Positions 8,631-18,157 of a stretch of DNA of 64,000 nt are shown here, in pieces (position 1 is the first letter of the stretch; each line of letters begins with the position of its first letter). The notes under the pieces are model-generated. The model saw only the letters and a list, made by a program, of their open reading frames with translations, had not been told where the DNA came from and searched no databases. Origin of the DNA: an uncultured Bacilli bacterium (GTDB lineage: Bacteria; Bacillota_I; Bacilli_A; RF39; UBA660). Position numbers and translations under genes: made by a program. The stretch lies in NCBI GenBank assembly GCA_934183165.1, contig CAKPRZ010000001.1, forward strand, positions 119,833 through 183,832, given 5' to 3'.

Positions 8631-10229
8631 TTAAATTTTGGTTAAATTAGTATAGTTGTCATAATTTCCTAAATATTTAGTCACCTTTTTATCTTTTATT
8701 TTCATAATATGAGTAGCAATTTTATTTATAAAATATCTATCATGTGATACAAACAAAATAGTACCATTAAATTCTTTTAAAGCTTGTTCCAACATCTCTC
8801 TAGTATCTATATCTATATGATTTGTTGGTTCATCTAATATTAAAAAGTTATAAGAATCCTGTATCAAACAAAATAGTTTTAATCTTACTTTTTCTCCACC
8901 AGATAAATATTTAATTTTTTTATTAATGCTTTCACCTGCAAACAAATATTTAAATAGTGCGGCTCTTAAGTTCGATTCATATCCTATAAAGTATTTTCTA
9001 GCTTCTTCCATAACTATTATATTGTCATCATCAAAATTTATTTCTTGCGGAATATATCCTATTTTAACATTAGCCCCTAATTTTATGTTGGTATTTCCTT
9101 TTAAAATTTCTTTTATAAGTGTTGATTTTCCACAACCATTTTCACCTATAATACAAACCCTTTCTCCATAAAACAAATCAAATTTAGCTCTATTTAATAA
9201 CTCTTTTCCAGAAATTGAAAGATCCAGTTTATTTGCTTTAATTACATCTCTACTAGAATTTTTAACATTTTCAAAAGTAATTGGTAAATTTTTCTTTTCT
9301 TCTGGCTTATCTAATTTATCCATTTTTTCCAATCTTTTTTTAATACTAGCGGCTCTTCTATAAAAGATTTCCCCTCCTGAATCACCACAAAGTCTTCCGT
9401 ATTCATATAAACGTTTTATAGATTTTTCCATTGCCTCAATTTTCTTTTGTTGATTCTTGTAATTTTTAAATTCTATCATTAAACGATTTTCATTTTCCTT
9501 GATAAAGTATGTATAATTACCATGATAAACTTCAATACCTCTTTTGGTAATTAAAAAAATCTTACTAACAACATTATCTAAAAAATATCTATCATGTGAC
9601 ACAACTATTACTGTTTTTTTATAATTATTTAAAAACTTTTCTAACCACTCTACTCTTTTTATATCCAAGTGATTAGTTGGTTCATCTAAAAGTAATATAT
9701 CTGGTTCTTGTAACAGTAGTTTTATCAAAGATAATATTGTTTTTTCACCACCTGATAAAGTATTAAAATTTCTATTTAACATTTCATCAGTTATTTCAAA
9801 TGCAGATAAAATTTTATCAATTTTGGTTTTATATTCGTAACCACCTTTATTAATAAATTCATCTTGTAATTTAGTGTATTTTTCTATAACTGAATAATCT
9901 GAACTCAATAAAGATTCTTCATATTTGTTTAGTCTTTTTTCTATTTTAATTATTTCTTCAAAAGCTCCATAGATAAATTCTTTGACATTTATATTTTTTA
10001 TAGATGGAAGTTGTTGTAAAAATCCAATACTACTACCATTTCTAATTGAAATATTTCCTGAATCTTCTTTTTCTATTCCAGATATAAGTTTTAATATTGT
10101 GCTTTTTCCACTACCATTAGATCCTATTAAGCCAATTTTTTCTCCTGTTTTTACTGTTATATCTATATCATTTAGAACATGATTAGTCCCGAATGATTTG
10201 TTTATTTTATTTAAATTTATTTCTATCAT
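8631..10229 (-). CDS. ABC-F family ATPase (two ABC domains, no TMD; translation-factor / ribosome-protection type)
   Basis: Two Walker A sites (GSNGSGKST, GENGCGKST), two LSGGEK signatures, about 70-aa interdomain linker. The ORF-track start at 10310 adds 27 unlikely residues. The ATG at 10229 is preceded by GGAGG and gives MIEINLNK. Confidence 0.85.
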   Translation of the reverse strand: MIEINLNKINKSFGTNHVLNDIDITVKTGEKIGLIGSNGSGKSTILKLISGIEKEDSGNISIRNGSSIGFLQQLPSIKNINVKEFIYGAFEEIIKIEKRLNKYEESLLSSDYSVIEKYTKLQDEFINKGGYEYKTKIDKILSAFEITDEMLNRNFNTLSGGEKTILSLIKLLLQEPDILLLDEPTNHLDIKRVEWLEKFLNNYKKTVIVVSHDRYFLDNVVSKIFLITKRGIEVYHGNYTYFIKENENRLMIEFKNYKNQQKKIEAMEKSIKRLYEYGRLCGDSGGEIFYRRAASIKKRLEKMDKLDKPEEKKNLPITFENVKNSSRDVIKANKLDLSISGKELLNRAKFDLFYGERVCIIGENGCGKSTLIKEILKGNTNIKLGANVKIGYIPQEINFDDDNIIVMEEARKYFIGYESNLRAALFKYLFAGESINKKIKYLSGGEKVRLKLFCLIQDSYNFLILDEPTNHIDIDTREMLEQALKEFNGTILFVSHDRYFINKIATHIMKIKDKKVTKYLGNYDNYTNLTKI

Positions 10230-10472
10230 ATTATATCCTCCATTTAAAAAAACTATATAGACGCATCTATATAGTCCATATATACAGATGCAGGCACGAC
10301 CAAAACTCACACCTACATCCTTATTTAATTAGAAAGATATAAGTGTGATACTATTTACATACATGATCTTTTTACCTACATAATTCATAATATCACCTTC
10401 CACAATTAATATATTATAATTAAAAGTTAAAGTCAATAAAAAAAGACCAATGTATAAACATTGATCTTACTA

Positions 10473-12002
10473 CTAGCATTTATTGCTGATTGAGTAAATA
10501 CTTGTCGTTTTATGTCCTAACAGTGTTTTACAACTACTATCTGCATATAAGTAAACATCTGCATATCTATGTTCATAATAAACTTTTCTATCAACTGTTA
10601 AAGTAAATCTCTTAGTTTCAAATGAACCAATTTGTGAACAAGGTTGAACATATAAATTTTTTCGTCTTCCACTATAACTACCACGAGTAATGAATGTATA
10701 ATATGCTACAGTACCAGTTCTATTTTGGTATTGAACTGTTGGAGATGTTTTAGAAGTATAACATTTTTTTGCTGGTTCTGATAATTGTAGATAGGTTGTA
10801 CTGAATTGTTCAGTTTTAGCAGGAGCCTTTATATATTTATATAAATCTGTAGTAACTGATTTAACCATATTTTTACAAGCACCATCTGAATATAGATATA
10901 CAACTGCATAACGATTATTTAATTTATTAGATATATCAAGAGTAAATGTTTGATCTTGTCCTCTTTTTATTGTTGAACAATTATTTGCGTAGTTTAGTTT
11001 TCCATTTGCGAAAGTATTTAATCTATAGAACATAACACTACTATCACCATTATAACTATATTTTAGTGTAACTCGTTGATTTGAAGTATAAATATATGTA
11101 TTTGGACCAGTTACTTTTAAAGTTGTTGGTTTAGCTGGTGTTGAAACTGTTGATGCATTGAAAGTATATGTTTTACTTTTCTTTTGATCCAGTTTTTTAG
11201 TACAACTACTATCAGAATATAAAGTAATTACCGTACTCCTTGCTCTATTATTTTTACCTACAGATAGGCCAATATTTTTTGTTTCACCTTTTTTGATTAA
11301 TGAACAATTTTGTTTATAACCAGCAGTTGAATAATTATAATTTGTAAATTTATAATATAAGTTTCCGTTATCGTTGTGTTTGAATTTTACTGTTTCTACA
11401 CTTTCTTTATTATAAACAGTTGGACTATTTTCAATTAATGTTAAAGTTGGACCACTATTATATTTATCATTAGTAACATTGTTCCAATTTACTTTATAGT
11501 CTTTGTATGCCCAACCAATGGCGTTATTAACTAAATAACCATTTGGCTTCCAAGATGAAGGACTTCCTTTAAGTTTATGATTTGTTCCTTGATTTACACG
11601 AACTAAAATCCTATATGTATCAACATTTACTATTATTGCAAAGCACACTTTTGTATTTTTAGCTACAGTTTTACTATTGTTATTATAATCAAAGTACTTT
11701 TTAATTAAAGCCTTTTGAAAATATCCCGTTGAAGGATCTTTATAGTAAACATGTACTGCCCAATATTTTTCATTTAATGGGGCTTCTACTTTGTAACAAT
11801 TTTTCTCTTGTTGGGTTACAGTAAATTTTCCTGCAACAGCATTCTTACTAGAGCCATCTATGTTACCTAAACGTCTAACTACAAGAAATGATACACCTCC
11901 AATTAATAAAATTATTACTGCGATGATACTAGCTATCACTATTTTTCGTTTTTTTAATGTTTCGTTTGAGTGTCTACCCACCTCATTTTTAAATAAACTC
12001 AT
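10473..12002 (-). CDS. Membrane-anchored extracytoplasmic protein with a conserved N-terminal FKNxVGRxSNETxKxRK motif and three tandem Cys-pair repeat domains (paralog of 18143..19213)
   Basis: N-terminus MSLFKNEVGRHSNETLKKRK, then a TM. Repeated about 90-aa units each contain CS-IK-G...FTL and VYLY-D-SCK. Confidence 0.6.
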   Translation of the reverse strand: MSLFKNEVGRHSNETLKKRKIVIASIIAVIILLIGGVSFLVVRRLGNIDGSSKNAVAGKFTVTQQEKNCYKVEAPLNEKYWAVHVYYKDPSTGYFQKALIKKYFDYNNNSKTVAKNTKVCFAIIVNVDTYRILVRVNQGTNHKLKGSPSSWKPNGYLVNNAIGWAYKDYKVNWNNVTNDKYNSGPTLTLIENSPTVYNKESVETVKFKHNDNGNLYYKFTNYNYSTAGYKQNCSLIKKGETKNIGLSVGKNNRARSTVITLYSDSSCTKKLDQKKSKTYTFNASTVSTPAKPTTLKVTGPNTYIYTSNQRVTLKYSYNGDSSVMFYRLNTFANGKLNYANNCSTIKRGQDQTFTLDISNKLNNRYAVVYLYSDGACKNMVKSVTTDLYKYIKAPAKTEQFSTTYLQLSEPAKKCYTSKTSPTVQYQNRTGTVAYYTFITRGSYSGRRKNLYVQPCSQIGSFETKRFTLTVDRKVYYEHRYADVYLYADSSCKTLLGHKTTSIYSISNKC

Positions 12003-12065
12003 TTTAAATCTACTTTCCTATCTTATACTACTATTATAACCGCACTTACAAGTATTTTGATAAAT

Positions 12066-12094
12066 AAAAAGTTGACAAGATGCCAACTTTTTTG
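12066..12094. terminator. Palindromic hairpin with flanking A/T runs (terminator for the 12119 gene)
   Basis: aaaaagttgacaagatgccaacttttttg: 8-bp stem, A-run before and T-run after; usable in either direction. Confidence 0.5.
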
Positions 12095-12118
12095 TTTGAT
12101 TTACATTTTTATTTACAT

Positions 12119-13171
12119 TTATTTGACAAATGGTTTTAATTCTCCCATTTGAGATGTTGCAACAAATCCAGGATTAGCTTTAATAACATCAGGAATTCTA
12201 TTTACTATACTAGCACATGTAAGTTCTACTGTATTTGGTCTTGTTATAACTAAATTAGTGTTTGGTTCACCATATACAGTCCAGTCGTTTTTATCACAAT
12301 CTTCACTTGCATAAACTTTTCCGATACATTCTGTTTCGATTGTTATTCCTTCTTCTGTTTCAGTAGTAACTATAGCACTCATGCCAGTTGCATCACCACT
12401 TTTAACTGTCATCCCTAAAGTAGAAGATTCGATATCGTGACTGCAAGTTTGTGGAACACACTTTTGAGTTTGATTAATAACTGTTAATCCTAATTTATCG
12501 CAAAGCCATCCATTAACATTCCACATATAGCTTGGTAAAAATTCTCCTTTTTCTATTAATTTTTCTCTTGCTTCTTTAGAAATATTATCAGCCGATGCTA
12601 CTTCTTTTTCAAACTCATCAAGAGTAAGTCCTGCACCATGAGCCTTAGCAAGGGCAATACCATAGTCTTCAACATTATATGAAGAACTTCCTTTTATTTT
12701 TGTAATATTATGAGTAGCTCCTGCTAAAGTGGTTATTAAATTTCCCCAAAAAGCATCTTGATATCCACTACCTGTAATTGTGCAATTATTTTGTTTTGCA
12801 AGCTTATCAATTTCCTCGGTTAATTTCGGATTAGAATTAGCTGGGAAAAAAGCTTCCTCACATGTAGTGATTGCATTAATTCCAAGACTTGCACATAATT
12901 TTAAAACATCAGCAACATCATTCATTAGACTCATTGTAGTTACTATACATATATCTGGTTTAGTATCTCTTAGCATTGATTCCGCACCATTAACATCAAC
13001 TATTTTTATTCCATAATCATCTGTCCCCATAATACTACCAATATCTTTACCTATAACATTTGGATTCACATCGATTGCGCCAACTATTTTTCCTCCATTG
13101 TCTAATACATATTTCATAGTATATTTAGACATTTTTCCACAACCATATTGTACAACTTTTATATCTTTCAT
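12119..13171 (-). CDS. NAD(P)-dependent dehydrogenase, DapB-like N-terminal Rossmann fold (2,4-diaminopentanoate dehydrogenase / native amine dehydrogenase family)
   Basis: KVVQYGCGKMS Rossmann start. Overall length and layout fit the DapB-like amine dehydrogenase family. The start moves to the ATG at 13171, preceded by GGAGGAGA, which also removes the overlap with the upstream ORF. Confidence 0.5.
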   Translation of the reverse strand: MKDIKVVQYGCGKMSKYTMKYVLDNGGKIVGAIDVNPNVIGKDIGSIMGTDDYGIKIVDVNGAESMLRDTKPDICIVTTMSLMNDVADVLKLCASLGINAITTCEEAFFPANSNPKLTEEIDKLAKQNNCTITGSGYQDAFWGNLITTLAGATHNITKIKGSSSYNVEDYGIALAKAHGAGLTLDEFEKEVASADNISKEAREKLIEKGEFLPSYMWNVNGWLCDKLGLTVINQTQKCVPQTCSHDIESSTLGMTVKSGDATGMSAIVTTETEEGITIETECIGKVYASEDCDKNDWTVYGEPNTNLVITRPNTVELTCASIVNRIPDVIKANPGFVATSQMGELKPFVK

Positions 13172-13184
13172 TTTATCTCCTCCT

Positions 13185-13562
13185 CTAACATTTAAATCCA
13201 TCATTTTCTAATTTCTTGATGAATTTATCTTTTAATATATCCTTATTATTATCTAATTTTTCATAATTATAAATAATTATTTGCTTTGATTTACATACTA
13301 TTTTTACATCATCATTAATACTTAGTTTTTTTAGTTCACATATTTTGCTAGTATCATCAGAATTTGAAAAATCCATTGTAGCGGTTGCTGTTGATATTTT
13401 ATTATCAATAACAGAAGCATTTATATTGACTTTATACTTAATTCCATCAGAAGAATTATTATAACTTTTTTTACAATTCAAGTTTTTATTACCACAACCT
13501 GATGCAACAACAAGTAAGATTAAAATTGAAATCAAAATTAAGTATTTTTTCATATTATTCAT
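13185..13562 (-). CDS. Small lipoprotein (lipobox LVVASGC)
   Basis: Signal peptide and cysteine lipobox, 125 aa. Confidence 0.5.
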   Translation of the reverse strand: MNNMKKYLILISILILLVVASGCGNKNLNCKKSYNNSSDGIKYKVNINASVIDNKISTATATMDFSNSDDTSKICELKKLSINDDVKIVCKSKQIIIYNYEKLDNNKDILKDKFIKKLENDGFKC

Positions 13563-14145
13563 CTCCCATTTTTATTAAGCTAGTATATATAGTTAAATAA
13601 AATATCGACAAAGTAAATCCTGATAAAACATCTGTAATATAATGCGCTCCAAGATATATTCTACTAAAACCAATTAATAGTATGATTAAAGATAAACAAG
13701 TAATTAGTAGAATTTTTACTTTTTTATTTAAATTACTACTAAATACCAAGTATATCAACAAACCATAGAAAGCCATACTAACCATAGCATGTCCTGACGG
13801 AAAACTATATCCACTAAATTTTCCGTCTCCTATAACTGGTCTAGGTCTTTTAATAACATTTTTTAATAATTGATTTAACAAAGCAATTACTGCTAGATTA
13901 ATACTAGTATATTTAAAATACTTTTTATTTTTTAATATTAACAACATAAGAGTAATAATGATTAGAGTATACCAATCACCTAGTCTTGTTAAATAGCTAA
14001 ATATTGTTATTGCATTTTTACTTCTATCAAAAATTATTCCATCAATAATGTTGTTTTTACTAAAAAACACTATAACTATCAAAGTAATAAACATTAGTAC
14101 TGATATTGAAGCAATAATAACTTTGGGTTTATTTATTTTTAACAT
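13555..14145 (-). CDS. PAP2-family phosphatase (undecaprenyl-pyrophosphate / lipid phosphatase type)
   Basis: All three PAP2 motifs: KxxxKRPRP, PSGH, SRIYLGAHYITD; polytopic. Confidence 0.8.
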   Translation of the reverse strand: MLKINKPKVIIASISVLMFITLIVIVFFSKNNIIDGIIFDRSKNAITIFSYLTRLGDWYTLIIITLMLLILKNKKYFKYTSINLAVIALLNQLLKNVIKRPRPVIGDGKFSGYSFPSGHAMVSMAFYGLLIYLVFSSNLNKKVKILLITCLSLIILLIGFSRIYLGAHYITDVLSGFTLSIFYLTIYTSLIKMGDE

Positions 14146-14152
14146 ACTAATT

Positions 14153-15151
14153 TTATTTACTGCTTTCCTCTACCGCTACTGCAACTGCAACTGTTGCACC
14201 AACCATTGGATTGTTTCCCATTCCTATAAGTCCCATCATTTCAACATGTGCTGGAACACTTGAACTTCCTGCGAACTGTGCATCGCTATGCATTCTACCC
14301 ATTGTATCAGTCATTCCATAAGATGCAGGTCCTGCTGCCATATTATCTGGATGAAGTGTTCTTCCTGTTCCTCCACCTGATGCTACTGAAAAATATTTTT
14401 TACCCAATTCAATGCATTCTTTCTTATAAGTACCTGCAACTGGATGTTGGAAACGAGTTGGATTAGTTGAATTACCAGTAATTGATACATCAACTCCTTC
14501 TAGATGCATTATAGCAACGCCTTCTCTTACATCGTTTGCTCCATAGCATCTAACTTTACTTCTTTCCCCATCTGAATATTTTATTTCTTCTAAGACTTTA
14601 ACTTTTCCTGTAAAGAAATCAAAGTCAGTTTTAACATAAGTAAATCCATTAATTCTTGAAATAATTTGAGCTGCATCTTTTCCTAATCCATTTAAAATTA
14701 CTTTTAATGGTTCTTTTCTTACTTTATTTGCACTTTTTGCTATACCTATAGCTCCTTCAGCAGCCGCGAAAGATTCATGTCCTGCTAAGAATGCAAAACA
14801 TTTTGTATCTTCAGATAATAACATTGCAGCAAGATTACCATGTCCAAGTCCAACTTTTCTATCATCTGCAACACTACCTGGTATACAGAAAGCTTGTAAT
14901 CCTTCTCCTATTGCACGAGCAGCCTCATGTGCTTTTAAACGATTTGATTTAATCGCAATTGCTGCACCAAGTGTATATGCCCAACATGCATTTTCAAAGC
15001 AAATTGGTTGAACACTTTTTACTATTTCATAAGGATCAAAGCCTCTATCCTTACAAATTTGTCTAGCATCTTCAAAATCTTTAATATCATATTTTTCCAT
15101 AACTGGTTTAATTTGTTCTATTCTTCTTTCATAACTCTCAAATAATGCCAT
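14153..15151 (-). CDS. Conserved hypothetical Gly/Ala-rich protein (332 aa), probable partner of the IscU-like protein upstream
   Basis: Tightly linked (11-nt gap) to 15163..15852. Contains an SVASGGGTGRT glycine loop and an Ala/Gly-rich C-terminus. No PLP-lysine motif, so it is not a NifS-type desulfurase. Confidence 0.45.
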   Translation of the reverse strand: MALFESYERRIEQIKPVMEKYDIKDFEDARQICKDRGFDPYEIVKSVQPICFENACWAYTLGAAIAIKSNRLKAHEAARAIGEGLQAFCIPGSVADDRKVGLGHGNLAAMLLSEDTKCFAFLAGHESFAAAEGAIGIAKSANKVRKEPLKVILNGLGKDAAQIISRINGFTYVKTDFDFFTGKVKVLEEIKYSDGERSKVRCYGANDVREGVAIMHLEGVDVSITGNSTNPTRFQHPVAGTYKKECIELGKKYFSVASGGGTGRTLHPDNMAAGPASYGMTDTMGRMHSDAQFAGSSSVPAHVEMMGLIGMGNNPMVGATVAVAVAVEESSK

Positions 15152-15162
15152 ATTACTACCTC

Positions 15163-15852
15163 CTAATTTTCTCTTGGATCCACTTTTTTTACAGCTTCAT
15201 CAAAGCGTCCATAAGTACCTGTAGCTTTTTCTATAGCTTCTTTAGGATCTATTCCTTTTTTAATGTTTTCCATCATTTTACCCATATTTACATATTTATA
15301 ACCAATTATTTGATTATCTTTATCAAGTCCAAGTTCTAACACATAACCTTCAGCTAATTCTAAATATCTTGGACCTTTTTCTAATGTTGAATAGATTGTT
15401 CCTACTTGGCTTCTAGTTCCTTTACCTAAATCTTCAAGACCTGCGCCAATAGGAAGACCACCTTCTGAAAAAGCTGATTGACTTCTACCATATACTATTT
15501 GTAAGAATAATTCTCTCATAGCTGTATTGATAGCATCACATACCAAGTCAGTATTTAAGGCTTCTAAAATAGTTTTACCAACTAAGATCTCACCTGCCAT
15601 AGCAGCTGAGTGAGTCATACCAGAACAACCAACTGTTTCTACTAAAGCTTCTTGGATTATTCCATCCTTAATATTTAATGTTAACTTACAAGCACCTTGT
15701 TGTGGAGCACACCAACCAATTCCATGAGTTAACCCAGAAATATCTTTTATTTCTTTAGCTTTAACCCATTTACCTTCTTCTGGTATTGGTGCAGGACCAT
15801 GGTCAACACCTTTTGCAATTTTGCACATTTCTTCTACTTCTTTTGAATACAT
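15163..15852 (-). CDS. NifU/IscU-like Fe-S scaffold domain protein with N- and C-terminal extensions
   Basis: The central region aligns by eye to IscU (GWCAPQQGACKLTLNIKDGIIQEALVETVGCSGMTHSAAMAGEILVGKTILEALNTDLVCDAINTAM). All three cluster-ligand Cys positions are conserved. Confidence 0.55.
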   Translation of the reverse strand: MYSKEVEEMCKIAKGVDHGPAPIPEEGKWVKAKEIKDISGLTHGIGWCAPQQGACKLTLNIKDGIIQEALVETVGCSGMTHSAAMAGEILVGKTILEALNTDLVCDAINTAMRELFLQIVYGRSQSAFSEGGLPIGAGLEDLGKGTRSQVGTIYSTLEKGPRYLELAEGYVLELGLDKDNQIIGYKYVNMGKMMENIKKGIDPKEAIEKATGTYGRFDEAVKKVDPREN

Positions 15853-15875
15853 TTTTACACCTTCTTTATTATTAA

Positions 15876-16385
15876 TTATTTTCTATTATATTGTTGCCAA
15901 TCAAAAGCCAAAGTAACTCTTTCAAATTTTGTATCCAAGACTTGTTTCTTTGGATTATATTTAACTGTTACTTTAACATTTTTTGATTCCCCTCTTTTTA
16001 AAACATCTCCCACGGATAAACCTTTCATACTACATTCTAAATAAGGATTATCTCTAGGAATAAAATAAGTATTAGTTAACCTAGCATCTAAATTACCAGC
16101 ATTTTTTATAGTAACACTATAGGTAATAGTATCACCTATTTCCTTAAAACCTGCATAAAACTCTATATCATAACTATTTAGTTTAGGAGGTTTATAGTTA
16201 TAGGCTTCACCTAGTGTCTTTTCTGTATTGATACTTTCAAATTTAACATTCCACTTGGCATGTTCTATCTTTACATTACCTTTAATTACCATTGCATGAA
16301 TAAGAACAAAATAACCAATTGCTATAAAACAACACAAAAAAATAATTAAAATAAGTAGTAATTTTTTTCTTTTGTTAAAACTCAT
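15876..16385 (-). CDS. Membrane-anchored secreted beta-sandwich-like protein (169 aa)
   Basis: N-terminal signal anchor; YSVTIKNAGN-type strand pattern reminiscent of Ig-like/DUF4352 lipoprotein domains. Confidence 0.4.
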   Translation of the reverse strand: MSFNKRKKLLLILIIFLCCFIAIGYFVLIHAMVIKGNVKIEHAKWNVKFESINTEKTLGEAYNYKPPKLNSYDIEFYAGFKEIGDTITYSVTIKNAGNLDARLTNTYFIPRDNPYLECSMKGLSVGDVLKRGESKNVKVTVKYNPKKQVLDTKFERVTLAFDWQQYNRK

Positions 16386-16432
16386 ATCAACACCACTTTC
16401 TATACTACATTTTAATTATAAACAATATTTTT

Positions 16433-17680
16433 TTATAAATCAAGTATTGGTAAAACAATATCAACACTAGTTCCTGAACCTTTAGCTGATGTATAAATTA
16501 ACTTACCTTCATGTAGCTCTATTATTTCTTTTGATAATAGTACGCCAAGTCCTGTACCTTTCAATTTAGTTGTATAAAAAGCTTTTCCTATATTATTTAG
16601 TTCTTCCATATCCATACCTATTCCATCATCACTTATTGTTATAATATAGTTTCCATCTATCTTTTTAGTTCTAAGTTTTATACTAGGCTTTTTGCCTTTT
16701 TTCTTAGCTTCGATTGAATTTTTAAAAATATTTACTAACACTTGTTTCAATCTATTATAATCACCATTTATATATACTTCTTCATCTTTAATTTTAAAAT
16801 TTGTTTTAACTTCTTTATTTTTAAATAATGATGATAAAGAGCTTACTGTATCTTCCAGTAAATAATTAACATCCATAATATTTTTATTAACTTTTACCTT
16901 TGTATAATCTAAAAAGTCATCCATAAGTACTAAAGTTCTTTCAATTTCTCCTTTAATTATATTTACATATTTTATTGATGATATTTTATTATCAAGATCT
17001 AACATATCCAAATACCCTTTACAAACTGCGATTGGATTTTTTATTTCATGAGTTAATTTAAATAAAGAGTTGCGTAGTGTTTTTTCTTTTTCAAGAGATT
17101 TTAATGAGTTATTCAAATCAACTAACTCTTCACCTTTAGATAATAATGCATAACAAAGACTAGCAAAAGAATAAAATAAGATAATATAAATGAAAATATG
17201 AGTAAAAATAGTAAATAATTTAGCATCCATATTGTTATAGAACATATAAAATGAAAAGAATAAAGCCTTAATTAAGGTAAAATAATTTATAAATTGCATT
17301 TCTTCTATATTTTTCTTAGATTCACATAAATAGAATAAATAATAACATATATATTCAAAAATAATAACTATAACATTGAAATTTAAAGTATATGAAAAGT
17401 ACACTACTAATAACCCTGACAAAAATAAAGCATAATTCTTTTTACCTTTAAGATACGCAAATAAAATTGGAATATTAAGAAACAACATAACATAATTTCC
17501 GTTTTTATCACCATTTAACTTAATAATTAAAAAAATGGTAGATACTAGAATAATTTCATAAATTGAATCATCAAACATATTATTCTCGCTACCATTACGA
17601 TAAACCAAGAAAATTAGGTAAATAAATACCGGAAATAAAATACTAATAGTATTAATAAAAATAGTATCAAAAAAACTCAT
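16433..17680 (-). CDS. Orphan sporulation-type sensor histidine kinase (multi-TM sensor, HisKA with HEIKNP box)
   Basis: At least six N-terminal TM helices. H-box LTHEIKNPIAV, the HE[IL][RK]NP type seen in Spo0A-phosphorylating kinases. HATPase_c has DDGIGM and GTGLGV. No cognate response regulator is adjacent. The start shifts to the ATG at 17680 (the ORF-track start is a TTG). Confidence 0.75.
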   Translation of the reverse strand: MSFFDTIFINTISILFPVFIYLIFLVYRNGSENNMFDDSIYEIILVSTIFLIIKLNGDKNGNYVMLFLNIPILFAYLKGKKNYALFLSGLLVVYFSYTLNFNVIVIIFEYICYYLFYLCESKKNIEEMQFINYFTLIKALFFSFYMFYNNMDAKLFTIFTHIFIYIILFYSFASLCYALLSKGEELVDLNNSLKSLEKEKTLRNSLFKLTHEIKNPIAVCKGYLDMLDLDNKISSIKYVNIIKGEIERTLVLMDDFLDYTKVKVNKNIMDVNYLLEDTVSSLSSLFKNKEVKTNFKIKDEEVYINGDYNRLKQVLVNIFKNSIEAKKKGKKPSIKLRTKKIDGNYIITISDDGIGMDMEELNNIGKAFYTTKLKGTGLGVLLSKEIIELHEGKLIYTSAKGSGTSVDIVLPILDL

Positions 17681-17758
17681 ATTAAACCTTCTTTCCAATA
17701 AGATTATATGAGTTTATTTTGTCATAATTTGTCGAATAATGTCTTTTTTTAGCAAATT

Positions 17759-18070
17759 TTATCTTAAATCGTCGATATATTTTTTCAATTGTTTAGAGTT
17801 TGATCCAAGTATTATCTTTAATTGATTATCAATTTCAACAATACCTTTAGCACCTAATTTTTGTATTCCTTCTTTATTAACAATAGAAATATCTTTTAAA
17901 GTTGCCTTAAATCTTGATAAGTTAACTTCTGTTTTGATTATATTTTCACGACCACCTAAATAATCAACTAATTTGTTCATATTTAAATGAGCATCTTTCC
18001 TTACTGATTTTAATACTGCCAAAAGAATTATTACTAAAACTGCTATGATTATTAAATATTCATATTTCAT
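17759..18070 (-). CDS. TM-anchored PTS EIIB(Glc)-like domain lacking the phospho-cysteine
   Basis: N-terminal TM, then LVDYLGGRENIIKTEVNLSRFKATLKD, matching the EIIB LGGkeNI....C.TRLR motif. The catalytic Cys is replaced (N-L-S-R-F). Confidence 0.5.
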   Translation of the reverse strand: MKYEYLIIIAVLVIILLAVLKSVRKDAHLNMNKLVDYLGGRENIIKTEVNLSRFKATLKDISIVNKEGIQKLGAKGIVEIDNQLKIILGSNSKQLKKYIDDLR

Positions 18071-18120
18071 ACTATCACCATAATAAGTATACTATATTCA
18101 TATTTAAAATGACAAGTTTT

Positions 18121-18157
18121 TTTATAAATTAAAAAAACAAGCTTATTCAGCTTGTTC
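18121..18157 (-). terminator. Rho-independent terminator overlapping the stop of 18143..19213
   Basis: Stem aacaagct / agcttgtt with loop; on the minus strand it is followed by a T7 run. Confidence 0.55.

Noticed and set aside
10230-10310. 27-aa N-terminal extension (MSFGRACICIYGLYRCVYIVFLNGGYN) on the ABC-F ORF
   Set aside because: An internal ATG at 10229 has a perfect GGAGG at the right spacing and begins the canonical ABC N-terminus (MIEINLNKINKSF). The extension is Cys/Tyr-rich and not ABC-like.
14048-14466. Small plus-strand ORFs (14048..14263, 14248..14466) and similar 60-80 aa ORFs elsewhere in the track
   Set aside because: Each is antisense to a longer, well-supported minus-strand gene and has biased composition. 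They are treated as shadow ORFs.
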